Shown: positions 1-12,332, counted from the first letter of the stretch. The stretch is DNA of 64,000 bases from Gnetum montanum (GCA_015680685.1 MNCI01002523.1:254278-318277), one strand, 5' to 3'. Numbers and translations are program-made. The notes: generated by a model from the letters alone, not told the origin.

Positions 1-2500
1 AATGCAAGTGTATCAAAGGCTCTTGGACCAATTGATTCAGTTGGCTAGACTTAGAAAGCAACCAGACACCACGTCCAACTAGGATGATGCCTTTTAAGAT
101 GGGCAAGAGGAGCTTGATTCCCAATTTTATGAAGGGGATCAAGTCAACCCCATTCCTGTCCTGCTTACCTAATCCTTCTGGGCCAACCCGCTATCTGTCA
201 CCGTCCCCTTTGTCATCATGCCTACGCTTCAGCAACATACGATTGCAACTACAATGGGTAGCCATGCCACATACTCTATGTATCATCACCCCTATTCCCT
301 AGTTGTGCTTGCAGCAACTATGCCGCTGTAAGCTGTTTATCAGCACGTTCCCACAATGCGCAACATGCCTATCAAAGCTACCCTACCGCATGTCCATACT
401 GTACCTACTTTGCAACTGCACATAACTTCTATATCGATTCCTATGTATGCATCTATTCCATCGACTATGGTGGGCCTGGGCCCATCCACGTGGTGGACCC
501 CATTCGCCTCTTCGTCTGTTCTACAACAACCATCGTAGATGTCTCACTACGTTTGCCCTTAGGCCTATCTAGCCATGGTCTATCCCACCGATAAACCAAA
601 CGGCCTATCCAGCGACTCAACTTGCTATTACCGCTCCGAAAATACCACCCACTAGGTGGTGGACAATGCAAACAACACCTTTAGTGGGGGTGGCCCCAAC
701 GGCGTCGTCGATGGGTCAAATCGCCACCGCCACCATGCCACATGTGGGAGTTGCCTCTGCAGTCCGTCAGCCATCTACAACATCACCCAGTCTAGAACAA
801 GCATTTTAGCTCATCCAAACCCTAACTGAGGAAGTAAAATGCCTCAAAGTTGTTGGGCCCGACATGGTACAAGTCATGGACTTTTATCAGGATGACCCCG
901 TCAACCCTGCAATTCTTGCTTTGATATTACCACCTAGGATGTCCCTTCTGCACTTCACAAAGTAAAATAGGGAAGGGGATCCCAATACACATCTCGTCAC
1001 TTTCCGGTCAGAGTCTTTGCTATTGCAATAGTGGCTGCATACGATCATTCACATCTTTGCCATGTCCCTAGCCAGGAAATCCCTAGATTGGTATCATGCA
1101 TTGCCACATTCATCCATTTTAACTTTGGAAGAACTCTGACCCAGTTTGTGACATGCTTCAAGTACAACTTGAAGCTAGAAACGATGTTGGATCAGCTGAT
1201 GGGCATGAAACAAGACCAACTAGAACTAGTCCAAAAATTCATTCAACGTTGGAGCATGACCCTTAACGAAATCCGTGAGCCCATCGCAGAGGCTCACTTG
1301 TTAGCCGTCTTTAAGGGTGCAGTGAACAACTTCATCAAGTCTAAGCTATATTACCTCACTCCATGCTCTCTTAGTCAAGATTTTGCTCAGATAAAAAGCA
1401 TACAAGACATGGCCGAGAAGAGAAAAGACCCAACCTACAACCATAGTGGCCACTGTGGCAACCGAGGCTAAGCCCAAACCTATCAACAACGGAAGTAAGA
1501 ATAATAAGAAACTGGCCATACCTACAACTGACTTTGCGCCCAAACCAGGCCAAACACCACAACCTGCCACACCTGCGCCTGAGACATCTGCATACACTAA
1601 ACCCAACTTCGAGCACAAAGATCTTTTGAAATACATCCCACTGCCTCTCAAACCTTCAAAACTCCTGAAGCAACTGTTGGCAACGGGATACATCCAACAC
1701 AAGTAGATGTCAGAGGAAGCAAACATGAGACATCAATGCTACTGTGAGCTCCTTAGGAATCCCTCTTTGGCCCTTCCCAACGAGCCTCTAGTTCCTAGGG
1801 TTTTTAGGCTAGATAGATTTTGTGACTACCACCAACTATGTGGTCACACCATAGATTATTGCCTGTCGTTGCAGGATGACATCCAAAGATTAATCAACCT
1901 GGGAAAGCTGGTGCTAGATGAAAGTAACCTAGTATGCCTTGAAAATCAATCTATGTATGTCTACATAGATCCCCTCAATGCCAATAATGTTGGTTACATA
2001 ATCAATGCCATCAGTATTGACAATGATCCCACATCACCCTTCCAGCCATTTGTGATTCGTGTGCCTCAACATAGTGCACCAATACCACCAATGGTTGGTC
2101 CAAGTTCGTAGCCGCCCTTCATCCTGAAAGTCCTAGCATGGGCATCTACCTCTACACTACCTATTGGTGAGGCCACACGACCCCATCAGTTAACACCTCT
2201 AGTCCCATTCATCATTAGGAGGTCGACATCTTCGACAACCCCCATCCTGTGCAACAACATCAAACAGCCTCCTCGCCCCACAAGGCGAGAAGCCCATTTG
2301 GTGGGCGAAATGTCGAAGGGAAATACCATCAAAAGTACCTCCAAGCCTATGCCTTTGTCCCTCATATTTACATCTTCATCACCAAAGATGAAGGTCAACA
2401 TGATTACACAGCCTGCATTACCTTGCCGACAAGGATCTAAACCTAGGTCTGAGGTTGTCTCTCCTTGAGAAATTCATCTTCTAAGACGAGACAAAGAGGA
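1..2500 (+). pseudogene. gag: gag of Tat element (Pro/Thr-rich N-terminus, retrotrans_gag core, zinc knuckle)
   Basis: GDPNTHLVTF...SLDWYHAL...LTQFVTCF...MKQDQLELVQKFIQRW at ~975-1260; CDYHQLCGHTIDYC (CX2HX4HX4C-type knuckle) at ~1820-1865. Confidence 0.85.
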
Positions 2501-3420
2501 GGAAAGTGTCAAACAGGTAGGCAACCAAGACTTCTTGGACTCCCTCACCTAGGTCGAGCTAACTCTAAAGTAGAAAAATGCTACATTGAGCTTGTACGAC
2601 CTAGTCATGACATCTGTACCTCACCGTAAGGCTCTAGTTCGCATGTTAACAGTGATTTCGGTTGACGAAAACATGCTAGTGGAAGAGGAAGCGATCCACT
2701 TGGTCATACTCCCCTCTGTACCCACGGAGTCCGTAGTACCAAAATTAACTTTTAGTAGTGACGCCATTAAGGAAGAGCCTGAAGGAGGTCAAGTGACTAC
2801 GGTGCCTCTCTTCATCACAATTTGGGTTGGCCAACACTGGATCAGAAGGGTACACGTTGATGATGGGGCTGCCACAAGCATCATTTCCTTTTCTATTATA
2901 GATAAGTTGGGATTGGTTGACTAGATTAAACCAATGGTGACATCGTGTCTGAGATTCTTCAATGGGGCACACATCCTGGTGAAGGGCACAATTCACGTAA
3001 ACTTCATAGTAGGGGACCAGTTCCCCATAGATGCAACGTTCATCATGGTCGAAGAAATGCCCGGGTTTAACCTGATCTTGGGAAGGTCATGGTTAGTACA
3101 ACTTAGGGCTATCTCCTCACCTATACACTAGGAAATCCACTTACCATATGCGGGTAGGGAGGTGATAATCCATGGTGACAGAGTGGTAACGCAAGCAATC
3201 AACAATGTAGGAATGGAACAGGGTTCATAAGTTACAACCTTTGAAGATGAAGCACTTGTTCATGCATGCATTAATCATGCAACGAAGGGATCGGTCCAAC
3301 AAGCTAACCCTCAAAATGAAAATGCATGGGTTGAGTTGCCCTTCCAAGCGAAGGATAGTGATATGAGCAGGGGCCCTGGCAAAATTCCTCGACCTGATGT
3401 TTTGATCAACCCATGAAAGG
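2500..3420 (+). pseudogene. Aspartic protease of Tat element
   Basis: IRRVHVDDGAATSII and FNLILGRSWL motifs in ORFs 2586-2924 and 2934-3131, same frame, continuing to ~3415. Confidence 0.88.
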
Positions 3421-3529
3421 CCAAGAGGAAACTATGCATAGTGTAGCACCCTTACAACTTCCCGCCCAGTTGCTATCCTTGCACATTCTTTGTTTGCTTG
3501 TCTTGTCAATATGCCATCCTTTCAGCATG

Positions 3530-3725
3530 ATACGCTACGGCCTAAATTGGCCTAGAACTAGCACAATTTCATTCCACTTTATAAACATGCCGCTCTCCCG
3601 ACATGCTACACCAACGGCTCGAAATGGCCTAAAACTAGCATTGTCGCCTTTCACTTTAACTTATTACGCAACGACCCGAAATGGCCCAAAACTAGCAATA
3701 GCCCGAGATGGCCTAAAACTAGCAT
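3530..3725 (+). repeat. Dispersed GGCC(T/C)AAAACTAGCA repeats after the protease
   Basis: 4-5 imperfect copies; homologous copies at 23410-23510 on the minus strand of the related element. Confidence 0.7.
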
Positions 3726-3876
3726 ATAAAAGCATGAAAACTATACATAGTACACAAGTTAATACAAAATTGATTTCCTGCTTGAAGTTTTTCATTTCAT
3801 TGAAAAGTTTCACCCATTGGCAGTGTTTGCAAAATTCTCAAACTTTTTCAAAAAGCAAAAAAAAAGTCTCATGCTG

Positions 3877-6800
3877 TCATGCGTAATCTCCGTTCACATT
3901 TCCTTTATCATTTACCTCCACTTCATCTACTTGTGCATTGCTCGCTTCTATGTTGCCTCCTACCAGCTCTTCATTTCCTCCCTCCATGGGTTTCACACCT
4001 TCGTCGTGAGCCTGTATCCTAGAAATGAAGTAGTTAGCTAAGGCAAAAAATGCAATAAATGCTAACTATAGCATAGCATTAAAGCAACTAACCTGAGGGG
4101 ATCCTACGTCAGTCTCAAGGGGTATCTAGTCTAGACCAAGCCTGAGGCGATGCCAAATCTCCTCTATCGAAATGTCCATCCAACACCTATCACTAGGCTC
4201 AGCATTCATAGTGGCAACTTTCTCCCTTTCGAAGGTTGTCCACTTTAGAGGTTCCAGGGAAAGGTAGGCAGTTGCGGTCTCTCCTGTAGGAAGGTTCACC
4301 CTCAAGTCAAGAGATTCTGTAACCTTCACCTGCTCTTTAAACTTAGCATAGGCCTTAGAAGCACCAATGGCCTTCATGAACGTTTCATACAAGAATGCCT
4401 CCATAGCAGTGTATTTATACAATCTTTGATGGGTTTTGTTTTCTAGCTTGTATGTATGTTTGTGATCCCTCTAGGTTTTCCCCCATTCGAAGACCTTAAC
4501 GCTGATGTCCTTCATATCTTGACACTTCTGGGCTAGCAAGTCCATCTACATCTGTTGTTCGACTATCTCGTGGGTGGACTCAACGTTTTGATGAACAACA
4601 GTCCAAAACCTGGTGTGGTCATCTATAGCCCTTTTTAAATCAACAGGGTCAGGGTTATGGTTTATGAGGAAATTGATCCTTGACCTGAGATTCTCCACCT
4701 CGGCGGCTAGCTCGGCCTCTCTCTGCTTAGCCCTTTGGACTTGTTTTGATGAGTCATCATTGGTGCGTCTACACTCCCACAGAGAGTGCACCGAGTGCAA
4801 GACACATTTGTAAACCTCGTCAAATGTATGATGAGATACCTTGATCACATCAGGCGAGAGTGTGGGAACGACACCAACCTCCATAGGTCGCGCCAGGTCC
4901 CACTTGAGCTAAGAGGCTGTTCAGTGCACAGAGTGTAGTAATAATGTTAGCATAACATAATCAACAAACTTGAAATTTTCAGCGTAGCAACATATGGACA
5001 GTTAACACTCCTACTTACCCGCACAAGGGTCCACCTATTGAAGACATTTGATCATGTCATTGACAAGTCCCTGAACAAATGCAAACTTGTCGAGGACTTC
5101 AGCTGATGACTCTGTACGAGGTGGGGGAGGTCCTAAGACATCAGCAGTAGCACCAGTTACACGATTAAGCATGTCAGCAATGGCCAAAATAGACTACGGT
5201 AAGGCACACGCAAAGCCTAAATAACTAGCATCTGGCTGTAGTCTTTCTTCTTGCTAATGCAAGATGATCACGGTAGGCTTGGTAGAAGTCCCGGCCAAGT
5301 CCATGAAAGCCCCTACCTCATGCACTGATGCCTTTCCTTTCAGGAGACCAGTGTCTTTTTTATTTTGGGGATGTACCTCTTCATTGTTAGGAAGAGGCTA
5401 CCTAACGATAAGATCCCTTGCCTTGTAGACAGGAGCTCCATTATTCCTGACTTCATCCTTCTAGACCACCAGGAACTCTATGATGCACTTTAAACAGCCT
5501 ATGTAGAAGGCATAGTGTATGTTAGAGCAGGACTCCGTTTGCTCACGGAGTCCCAAAATCTTGGCCTACAAACCACTACATAGGAATTCGGCCTAGTTGT
5601 AACGGGCCCCCTCCTCCATGACTTCCTGCATTACCCAAGCCTGCTCAAGCCCCAGGACCTTCCCTTGGGTAAACAGTTGAGGGAATGCATGGGCACAGAA
5701 AATCGAATATATGCCCATGGTAGGACCTTCCTTAAGCTTTTTCATAGGGAACCCTTTTTGCTCCTTGGTGAGCCTCAGCCACTCCTCGATATGCTGCTTC
5801 TAAAGGTTCAACTCCTACTTGCCCTTCGACACCACGTCGGCACCATCAGCAGGGACACCAAACAAATCTGCAAATAGCTAGTCATTGATGTCAATGACCA
5901 CCCGCACAGCCCGCAAGTATGTATGAAAATGGCTCACCTTCCCAAAGAAGGAGTTGACCAAGGAGAGCATCTTGATAGTAGAGATTCTTGGATTTGGAGC
6001 CATGACCAAATCCATAAGCCCAGCCCTTCGAATTTTCTTGAGCAAGGGGTCTGAAGCCCCTAGTTCTAACTAGCTTTGACTAGCTGCTACTTCACCATAT
6101 TTGAAGTAGATGTTTCCCCCTTGCCTCTTGGCAGTTACCACCATCACCTCACAAGGCTTCTTTTCCCCTGCAACAATGTTCATGAAATGTACTTAGCATA
6201 ACAATGCAGAAAATGCAAAAAGAAATGAAAACACTTGAACATGTGTTGCCTACCTATTAACCCACTAGGTTTATATGGTGATGGGAATAACAAGATTTCA
6301 ATCGCCAGAACCGCTTCAAGCATGACCTGCTTGAAAGGTTCTCTCCACTCCTTGTCTAGCCAATCCTTCACCCTACACTGACTGTAAAAAGTGGCAAGCG
6401 TGCATAGGTAGGAATAGTATTCTCCCTCTTAATGACCAATCACACCCGCCCGCAGGCTCTTGGCAGATGCAAATTCCTGTAGGCCTAGCTGCGTCATGGC
6501 CAACTCACCCAGCTAGTCATGAACCCTGTCATTGTCAATATGGAACCTAGTAATAAGCACACACTATCAGCACTCAGCTAGATATGGTCGACGTTGCACA
6601 ACCAAGCAAAGCAAAGATGCGAAACTCACCCGCCAACATAATAGACAGTCCCTTGTGGGTTCTGAAAGTACGTTGCCATGTGGCATGCGAGGTATAATGT
6701 GTTGTACTAGTGATAGTATTGGTATTTTGGCATGTCCCAGATCCAGGCTAAATGCCTCAACCCTGTTGAGTGTTGGGTGGACCCCCCTCCTAGCCTACTT

Positions 6801-7713
6801 GTAGTTACGTCGTTGAAAAGGTATCTCAGGATGCCTCGATTTGCCCCTGGTAGCATGGCCTCTATTATGTCGGATGCCTACGTCTTGTCTAAGGAAGACC
6901 AAACGATCACACTAAAGTGGTTGAGAAGAAATTGCAAGAAGTCTCATGCCCCTTCCCTGAACCAAACCACTCGGTCTCCCACATGTATCGAGGGAGGAGG
7001 AACGTTGTCCATAGATTTTCCCACATGACATAGGACCCCTCCAAGGTCCAGAATAATCAGCCTAGACCTTGGCCCTACCCTGCACTACGTAACCAGCAAA
7101 TATTAGCATCACATTTGAACAAAATACATGCGCAACATAGCAACACCTAGTAGACCATAAATATAGCATAGCATAACCCCTTGTCCATACGTAGCGTAGC
7201 AAGGATGCAAAAGCCTAGTGTAGCGAGAACATGTAAATAGCTTAGCGTAGCGGCAAAACAACTAACAACATACTAAAAAAAAACACATGCCGCGGTATGA
7301 CATCACACATAACCAAACCCTCCCAAGGATTTTATATCATGGCATGCTAAGGTCAAACAACTTAAATGGCCCCAGCCTCGTAGTCATGACAACCATAGCG
7401 ACGGCAATGGCCTTGCATGCAATCATGACAAAACACTTGAACAACACCCATGACCAAAAGAAAAAAGAGGCCATGGCAACACAAAGGCTAAAACAACACA
7501 ACCGTAGAAAATAAAAATAGCAAAACAAATAAGATGAAAAACCAGAGTATAAAGTGGCAGAAGGCACAAAATAAAAAATGGTAAAGGAGACATGAAAACT
7601 CAATGGGTCAAGGGTGTGCTCTCCCGCGCCGGAACGCACACTTGTAACACACGCCTCAGGGTCTTTTTCACCTCCCCGACCTTCGTAAGTACCAAATGAG
7701 TTTTCAGAGCCAT
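3877..7713 (-). pseudogene. Antisense spliced gene inside the retrotransposon: FCP1/NIF-like HAD domain + PMD/Athila-ORF2-like domain + coiled coil + acidic tail (~974 aa)
   Basis: Exons 7713-7640 (tentative), 7079-6630, 6546-6254, 6167-5019, 4916-4093, 4011-3877; GT-AG introns of 560, 83, 86, 102 and 81 bp with matching phases; RLIILDLGGVLCH...VWFREGA*DFLQFLLNHFSVIVWSS...LRHLAWIW...YNTLYL...QNP; about 20 in-frame stops, nearly all TAG. Confidence 0.82.
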
Positions 7714-8546
7714 GGCCCTAATTGCAGATTTACAAACTTCAATTTAGAAATTCACCTCACTAATTGATTAACACAATTGCTACGCACTCCAAGATCACTA
7801 AGTGCTCCGATGAGGATTCTGCGCTTTTACAGTGAAAGTGGTGAAATTACCAGGGTTCATTCCCTATTTATGGAAGTAGTGGTAAAATGGGGAAACTTTC
7901 CCTCTCTCTCTCTCTCTGATTAATGTAGAGCATGGCGTGCAGCGTAGCATGCTTGCCATGACATCATGACACTATTAGCATTTAAACCATAACACGCTTC
8001 TAGTCAACTTGACACGCTTCTAGCCAACTACTCTCCTTCCAAAGAAAAAATATATATATAATAATATTTTATTCTTGATTAAGGGTCTAAAAAGACCTTA
8101 AACTAATGAGCCTAGCATGGTTTCACTCCTCAGGGTCTAAAAAGACACCAAAATAGTAGTTTTGACCCATAATGTTTGTAGTACGTAATGACATTAAACT
8201 AACTACATCCTTACATCAGCAATTACCTCATATGCTTTGACATAGGCAGTATCACATTTCCTAGCAGTTTCATGTCTTCATTCCCACACTTGCAGTTTGA
8301 TATCCCTTGTACTCACAATTTACTTCTTTTTATTATTATTTTGCATATCAAGATTTTACATGTTGCAATATGGAAGTCTAAGATGACACTAAACTAGCGA
8401 TTTGGCATTGGCATATCAACAGGCATACGTTCCACTAGCAACTCTACACTCTTGCCCCTTGGCAGTCTTCCACGACCTTAAACTAGCAAACTTTCAATCT
8501 TTACATCGCCTTACTTAGCAAGTCACATCTCAGTGTTTCTTTGCAG

Positions 8547-11500
8547 ATTTTTGTTTCACACAATCTCTAATGACCCTTACCTAGGCTTTCATCTTATGAT
8601 GGTAGGTCAAGCAAGAGATGGGAATCCATCGTGCCCTTTCCACATCTTTAATGTTAGCAGAGCCACAAGGCAAGCTCACGAGATAGTTGAACCCTGACAT
8701 GATCGACTGGGGATCAACTACAATAACACTATAGCAGCCTTAGAAGCATCCTTGGATTGGCTTAGACACCTGGTCCAAGCCCTAGATTTAGAGGTTGGGG
8801 ATGTAACCGATGATCCTCTTGTCGAGATACCTATGACCACATCAAGAATGGAGGTAAAGATGTTAAGACTTAGATCCCTCCTAGACATACAAATACATGA
8901 AGGCATAGTTAAAACTTTGCAAGATCAAATCTATGTTTTCACATGGTCGTACAGTGACATGCTAGGTCTGGATCCACAGCTGATTCAGCATAACATCATC
9001 CTAGACCCATACGTAAAGGTAGTCAAGCAAAAGGCATGTAAGATTAAGCCAAAAATCACACTAGCCATGAGGGATGAAATCACTAAGTTGTACTGAGCAG
9101 GTTTCATTCGCGCGGTCAGCTATTCAGAGTGGGTGTCCAACATCATTATAGTTTCGAAGAAAACAGGAGGAATACAAATCTATATAGACTTCTGAGACTT
9201 GAACAAGGAAATGATCAAAGAAAGATTCCCACTCCCGAGCATCAATCAACTCATCAACACCATGGCTGGTCATGCTTTACTATCCTTCATGGATGGCTTC
9301 TTCGGATACAGCCAATTCCGCATCAACCTAGAGCACCAGCTGTCAACAACCTTCATGACTCCATGGGGAACCTTCTACTATACCATGATGTCTTTCAGAC
9401 TCAAGAATGCTGGAGCAACCTACCAACGAGCCATGACCTACATTTTCAGTGACTACATCTTAGAAACATTAAATGATTACGTAGATGACATAGAGGTTAA
9501 GTCCAATGAGGCAGCCGATCACCCATGTGATCTAGGGGTAATCCTCAAGTACTGCCAAATGCATGACTTACGTCTCAATCCTAAGAAGTGCGTCTTTGGG
9601 GTAAAGACCGGACACATGTTAGGGTTCATAGTATCGAAGGTTGGAATACGGGTGGACCCCAACAAAATCAAGGCCATCGTCAATCTAGCGCCTCCTACAA
9701 ACCTTAAAGAGTTACACGATTTACAAGGCAAGGTACAATTCATTCGAAGGTTCATAGCCAAGTTGACTAACAAGTTACACCCCATGCAACATCTTTTAAA
9801 GAAGGGAATTGACTTTGAATGGACAACCTAGTGTCAACAAGCCTTTGATGACCTGAAGCAGGAGCTCTCGCATCTCCCAATGGTGCACCCTCCCTAAAGG
9901 GACAAACCTCTGACACATCCATAGCGGCACTGCTATGTCAAAAATAGGACGACGATTCTGAGATACCGATGTACTACCTAAGCCATGCACTAATAGCATA
10001 TGAGACAAAATACAACAAAGTGAAGAGGAATTTCCTAGCCTTAGTATTCGCACTAAAAAAGCGGTGACATTACCTGTTCCGCAGCACAACCAACATCATT
10101 TGCAAAAGCAACATACTCTGGGCTATTACTAGCAACCTGTACGAAAGTAGCAAGATAGCCCGATGGAAGGCAATAACCGCAGAGTTCGACCTATGCTATG
10201 TAAGTCAATTGTCAACAAAGGGTCAAACCATAGCAACCCAACTTACGGCCTCACCAGTCGATGACGAGGCAACCATAGATCCCAAGTTCCCAGATGAATA
10301 CGTTAGCAATGACGCCATCATCTTGTCACATTTCGAGGCGACCTTACACTTTGACAATGCCTCAACCATGCGAGGAGGTAGTGCCATTGCCACGATCACA
10401 TTCCCCTTTGGGGAGATGCACCCATTTGCTTATCAATTTGCGTTCCCTTGCACCAACAACATGGAAGAATACGAGGGGCTACTCAGAGGCCTCTTAACTA
10501 CTCATGTGCTGCGTATACAACACTTGGCAGTCTGGGGAGATTCACAACTAGTCGTCAATCAAATCATCGAAGTCTACGCCTGTAAGGCTATGCACCTGCA
10601 ACCCTACTACAACCTAGAAAAAATCCTACTAAAGCAATTTGTGACCACTGATGTGCAACAAGTGCCATGTAATGAGAACACTGTAGTAGATGCCCTAGCT
10701 ACCCTCACATTAAACATCCCATCACGTTCTTTGGCAAACTTACCAATTGCAATTAAAGAATGTATCGAGCCCATCACTCAGGCAGAACACGTGGCCTCTA
10801 TCGATGTTGTGGATACCTCGGAGTGGTACGATAACATTAAAGCTTATTTACAGCATGGCGAATCCCCAGGTGGATTGACATCAGCTCAAAGAAATGCAAT
10901 CCTCAAGCATGCTTGGTAATACGTGCTCATGGGAAATGACACCTTGTGCCAATGATCCTACGATGGGATATTGCTAGCATGTGTGGGTGGTGAGTAGGCA
11001 CAAAAGGTAGTTAATGAGGTTCATGAAGGGCTGTGCAGTGGACACATAGCACCCAAGGCTATGGCTATGAAAATAAGATGCCTAGGGTACTATTAGCACT
11101 ACATAGAGTGTGATTGCCTATCAAAAGTCAAGACATGTGACACATGCCAAAGATATGCAAATCTCATATACATAGCACCTGCAAACCTGCACCCAACGCA
11201 AATTACGTGGCCCTTCCAATGATGGGGACTAGACCTCATAGGGCCTATCACTCCTAAGTCCTCTGTAGGGCATAGCTTCATTATCACTGCCACAGAGTAT
11301 TTTACTAAGTGGGTAGAGGCTATTCCCCTGAGGAAGACAACATTCCAGTAGATCTGCCATTTCATCCTTGATAACATAGTAACTAGGTTTGGGCTTCTGA
11401 TGATAATTGTGACTCACAATAGCCCATAGTTCAGCAGTACGGAGACCCAGACCTTCTGTAGCAATCTAGGCATTAAACAATCATTTTCTTCTCCTTATTA

Positions 11501-12064
11501 TCCATAGGTGAATGGGTAGGCAGAGGCTACAAATAAGTCCATCATAACTTGCTAAAGTGGATGCTTAACAACAGCAAGAGGTAGTGGCACGAGCAAATAC
11601 TTTACGTCCTCTAGGCCTATTGAACAATGTGCCAAACTACAACAAGTAAGACCCCTTATAGTCTTGTTTATGGATCTAAAGCAGTATTACCTCTTGAGTT
11701 TCAGGTACCCTCACTCTGGATGATCCTATCTGATGTTGTGAATGAAGCCCAAAATAACAAGTTACGAACCATTGACCTCAACTTGGTGGAGGAAGAACAT
11801 GTGCAGATGCTGAGATGTATCAAGCACTACTAGAGCAAACAACAGCAGAAGCACCGTACAGACTCGCATCGATGGACAATGCAGAAGGGAGACCTCATCC
11901 TCAAGGTTGTCCTTGAGCACATGAGTAAATTCTCAGCCAACTAGGAAGGTCCTTACGTGGTCACTAAAGCCTTCGAGAATGAAGGCTTCAAACTGGTAGA
12001 CATGGACGACAACGAGTTCGCCAACATGGTGAACCAAACGTACCTCAAGCCATACTACGTCTGA
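8547..12064 (+). pseudogene. pol: pol: RT, RNase H, additional archaeal-type RNase H (aRH), integrase with GPY
   Basis: RT: WVSNIIIVSKK, IDF*DLNK, FPLP, SFMDGFFGY, YVDD; aRH: LHFDNAS...CTNNMEEYEGL...GDSQLVVNQ (10330-10570); INT: HEGLCSGH, CxxC, WGLDLIG, YFTKWVEA, AEATNK, EGPY. Confidence 0.93.
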
Positions 12065-12084
12065 AGCACAATGGCAACAAGAAG

Positions 12085-12332
12085 CACCATCTGCTACAAC
12101 GATAAACTGGCAGTTGCACCAAGCAGCGTCCACGATGATGATAAACTAGCAGCATCAAGCAACATCGCCACAATATTAAACTATCGGCAATCGTCCGCTA
12201 CGATGTAAAACTAGCACTATTAGTCTACTATGACTATAAATTGGCATTGCACATTCACTACAATGTAAAAATGGTATGTATGGTCTGCTGGGACCTTAAA
12301 CCAGCACATGGTCTACCAAGACCTTAAACTAG
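12085..12332 (+). repeat. ~30-35 bp imperfect tandem repeat with core CTACGATGT-TAAACTAGCA downstream of integrase
   Basis: About 8 copies of the (T)AAAC(T)(A/G)GCA core with variable spacers. Confidence 0.7.

Noticed and set aside
6532-7028. Plus-strand ORFs 6532-6804 and 6732-7028
   Set aside because: Shadow frames of the minus-strand FCP1-like exons, with no recognisable motifs
3420-8546. Independent DNA transposon inserted into the Tat element
   Set aside because: No TIRs, TSD or transposase motifs seen, and family-specific motifs lie at both ends; disfavoured but not fully excluded
12085-12332. Repeat-spacer pattern reminiscent of a CRISPR array (also 23040-23240)
   Set aside because: Eukaryotic TE context, degenerate short repeats, short related spacers, no cas genes
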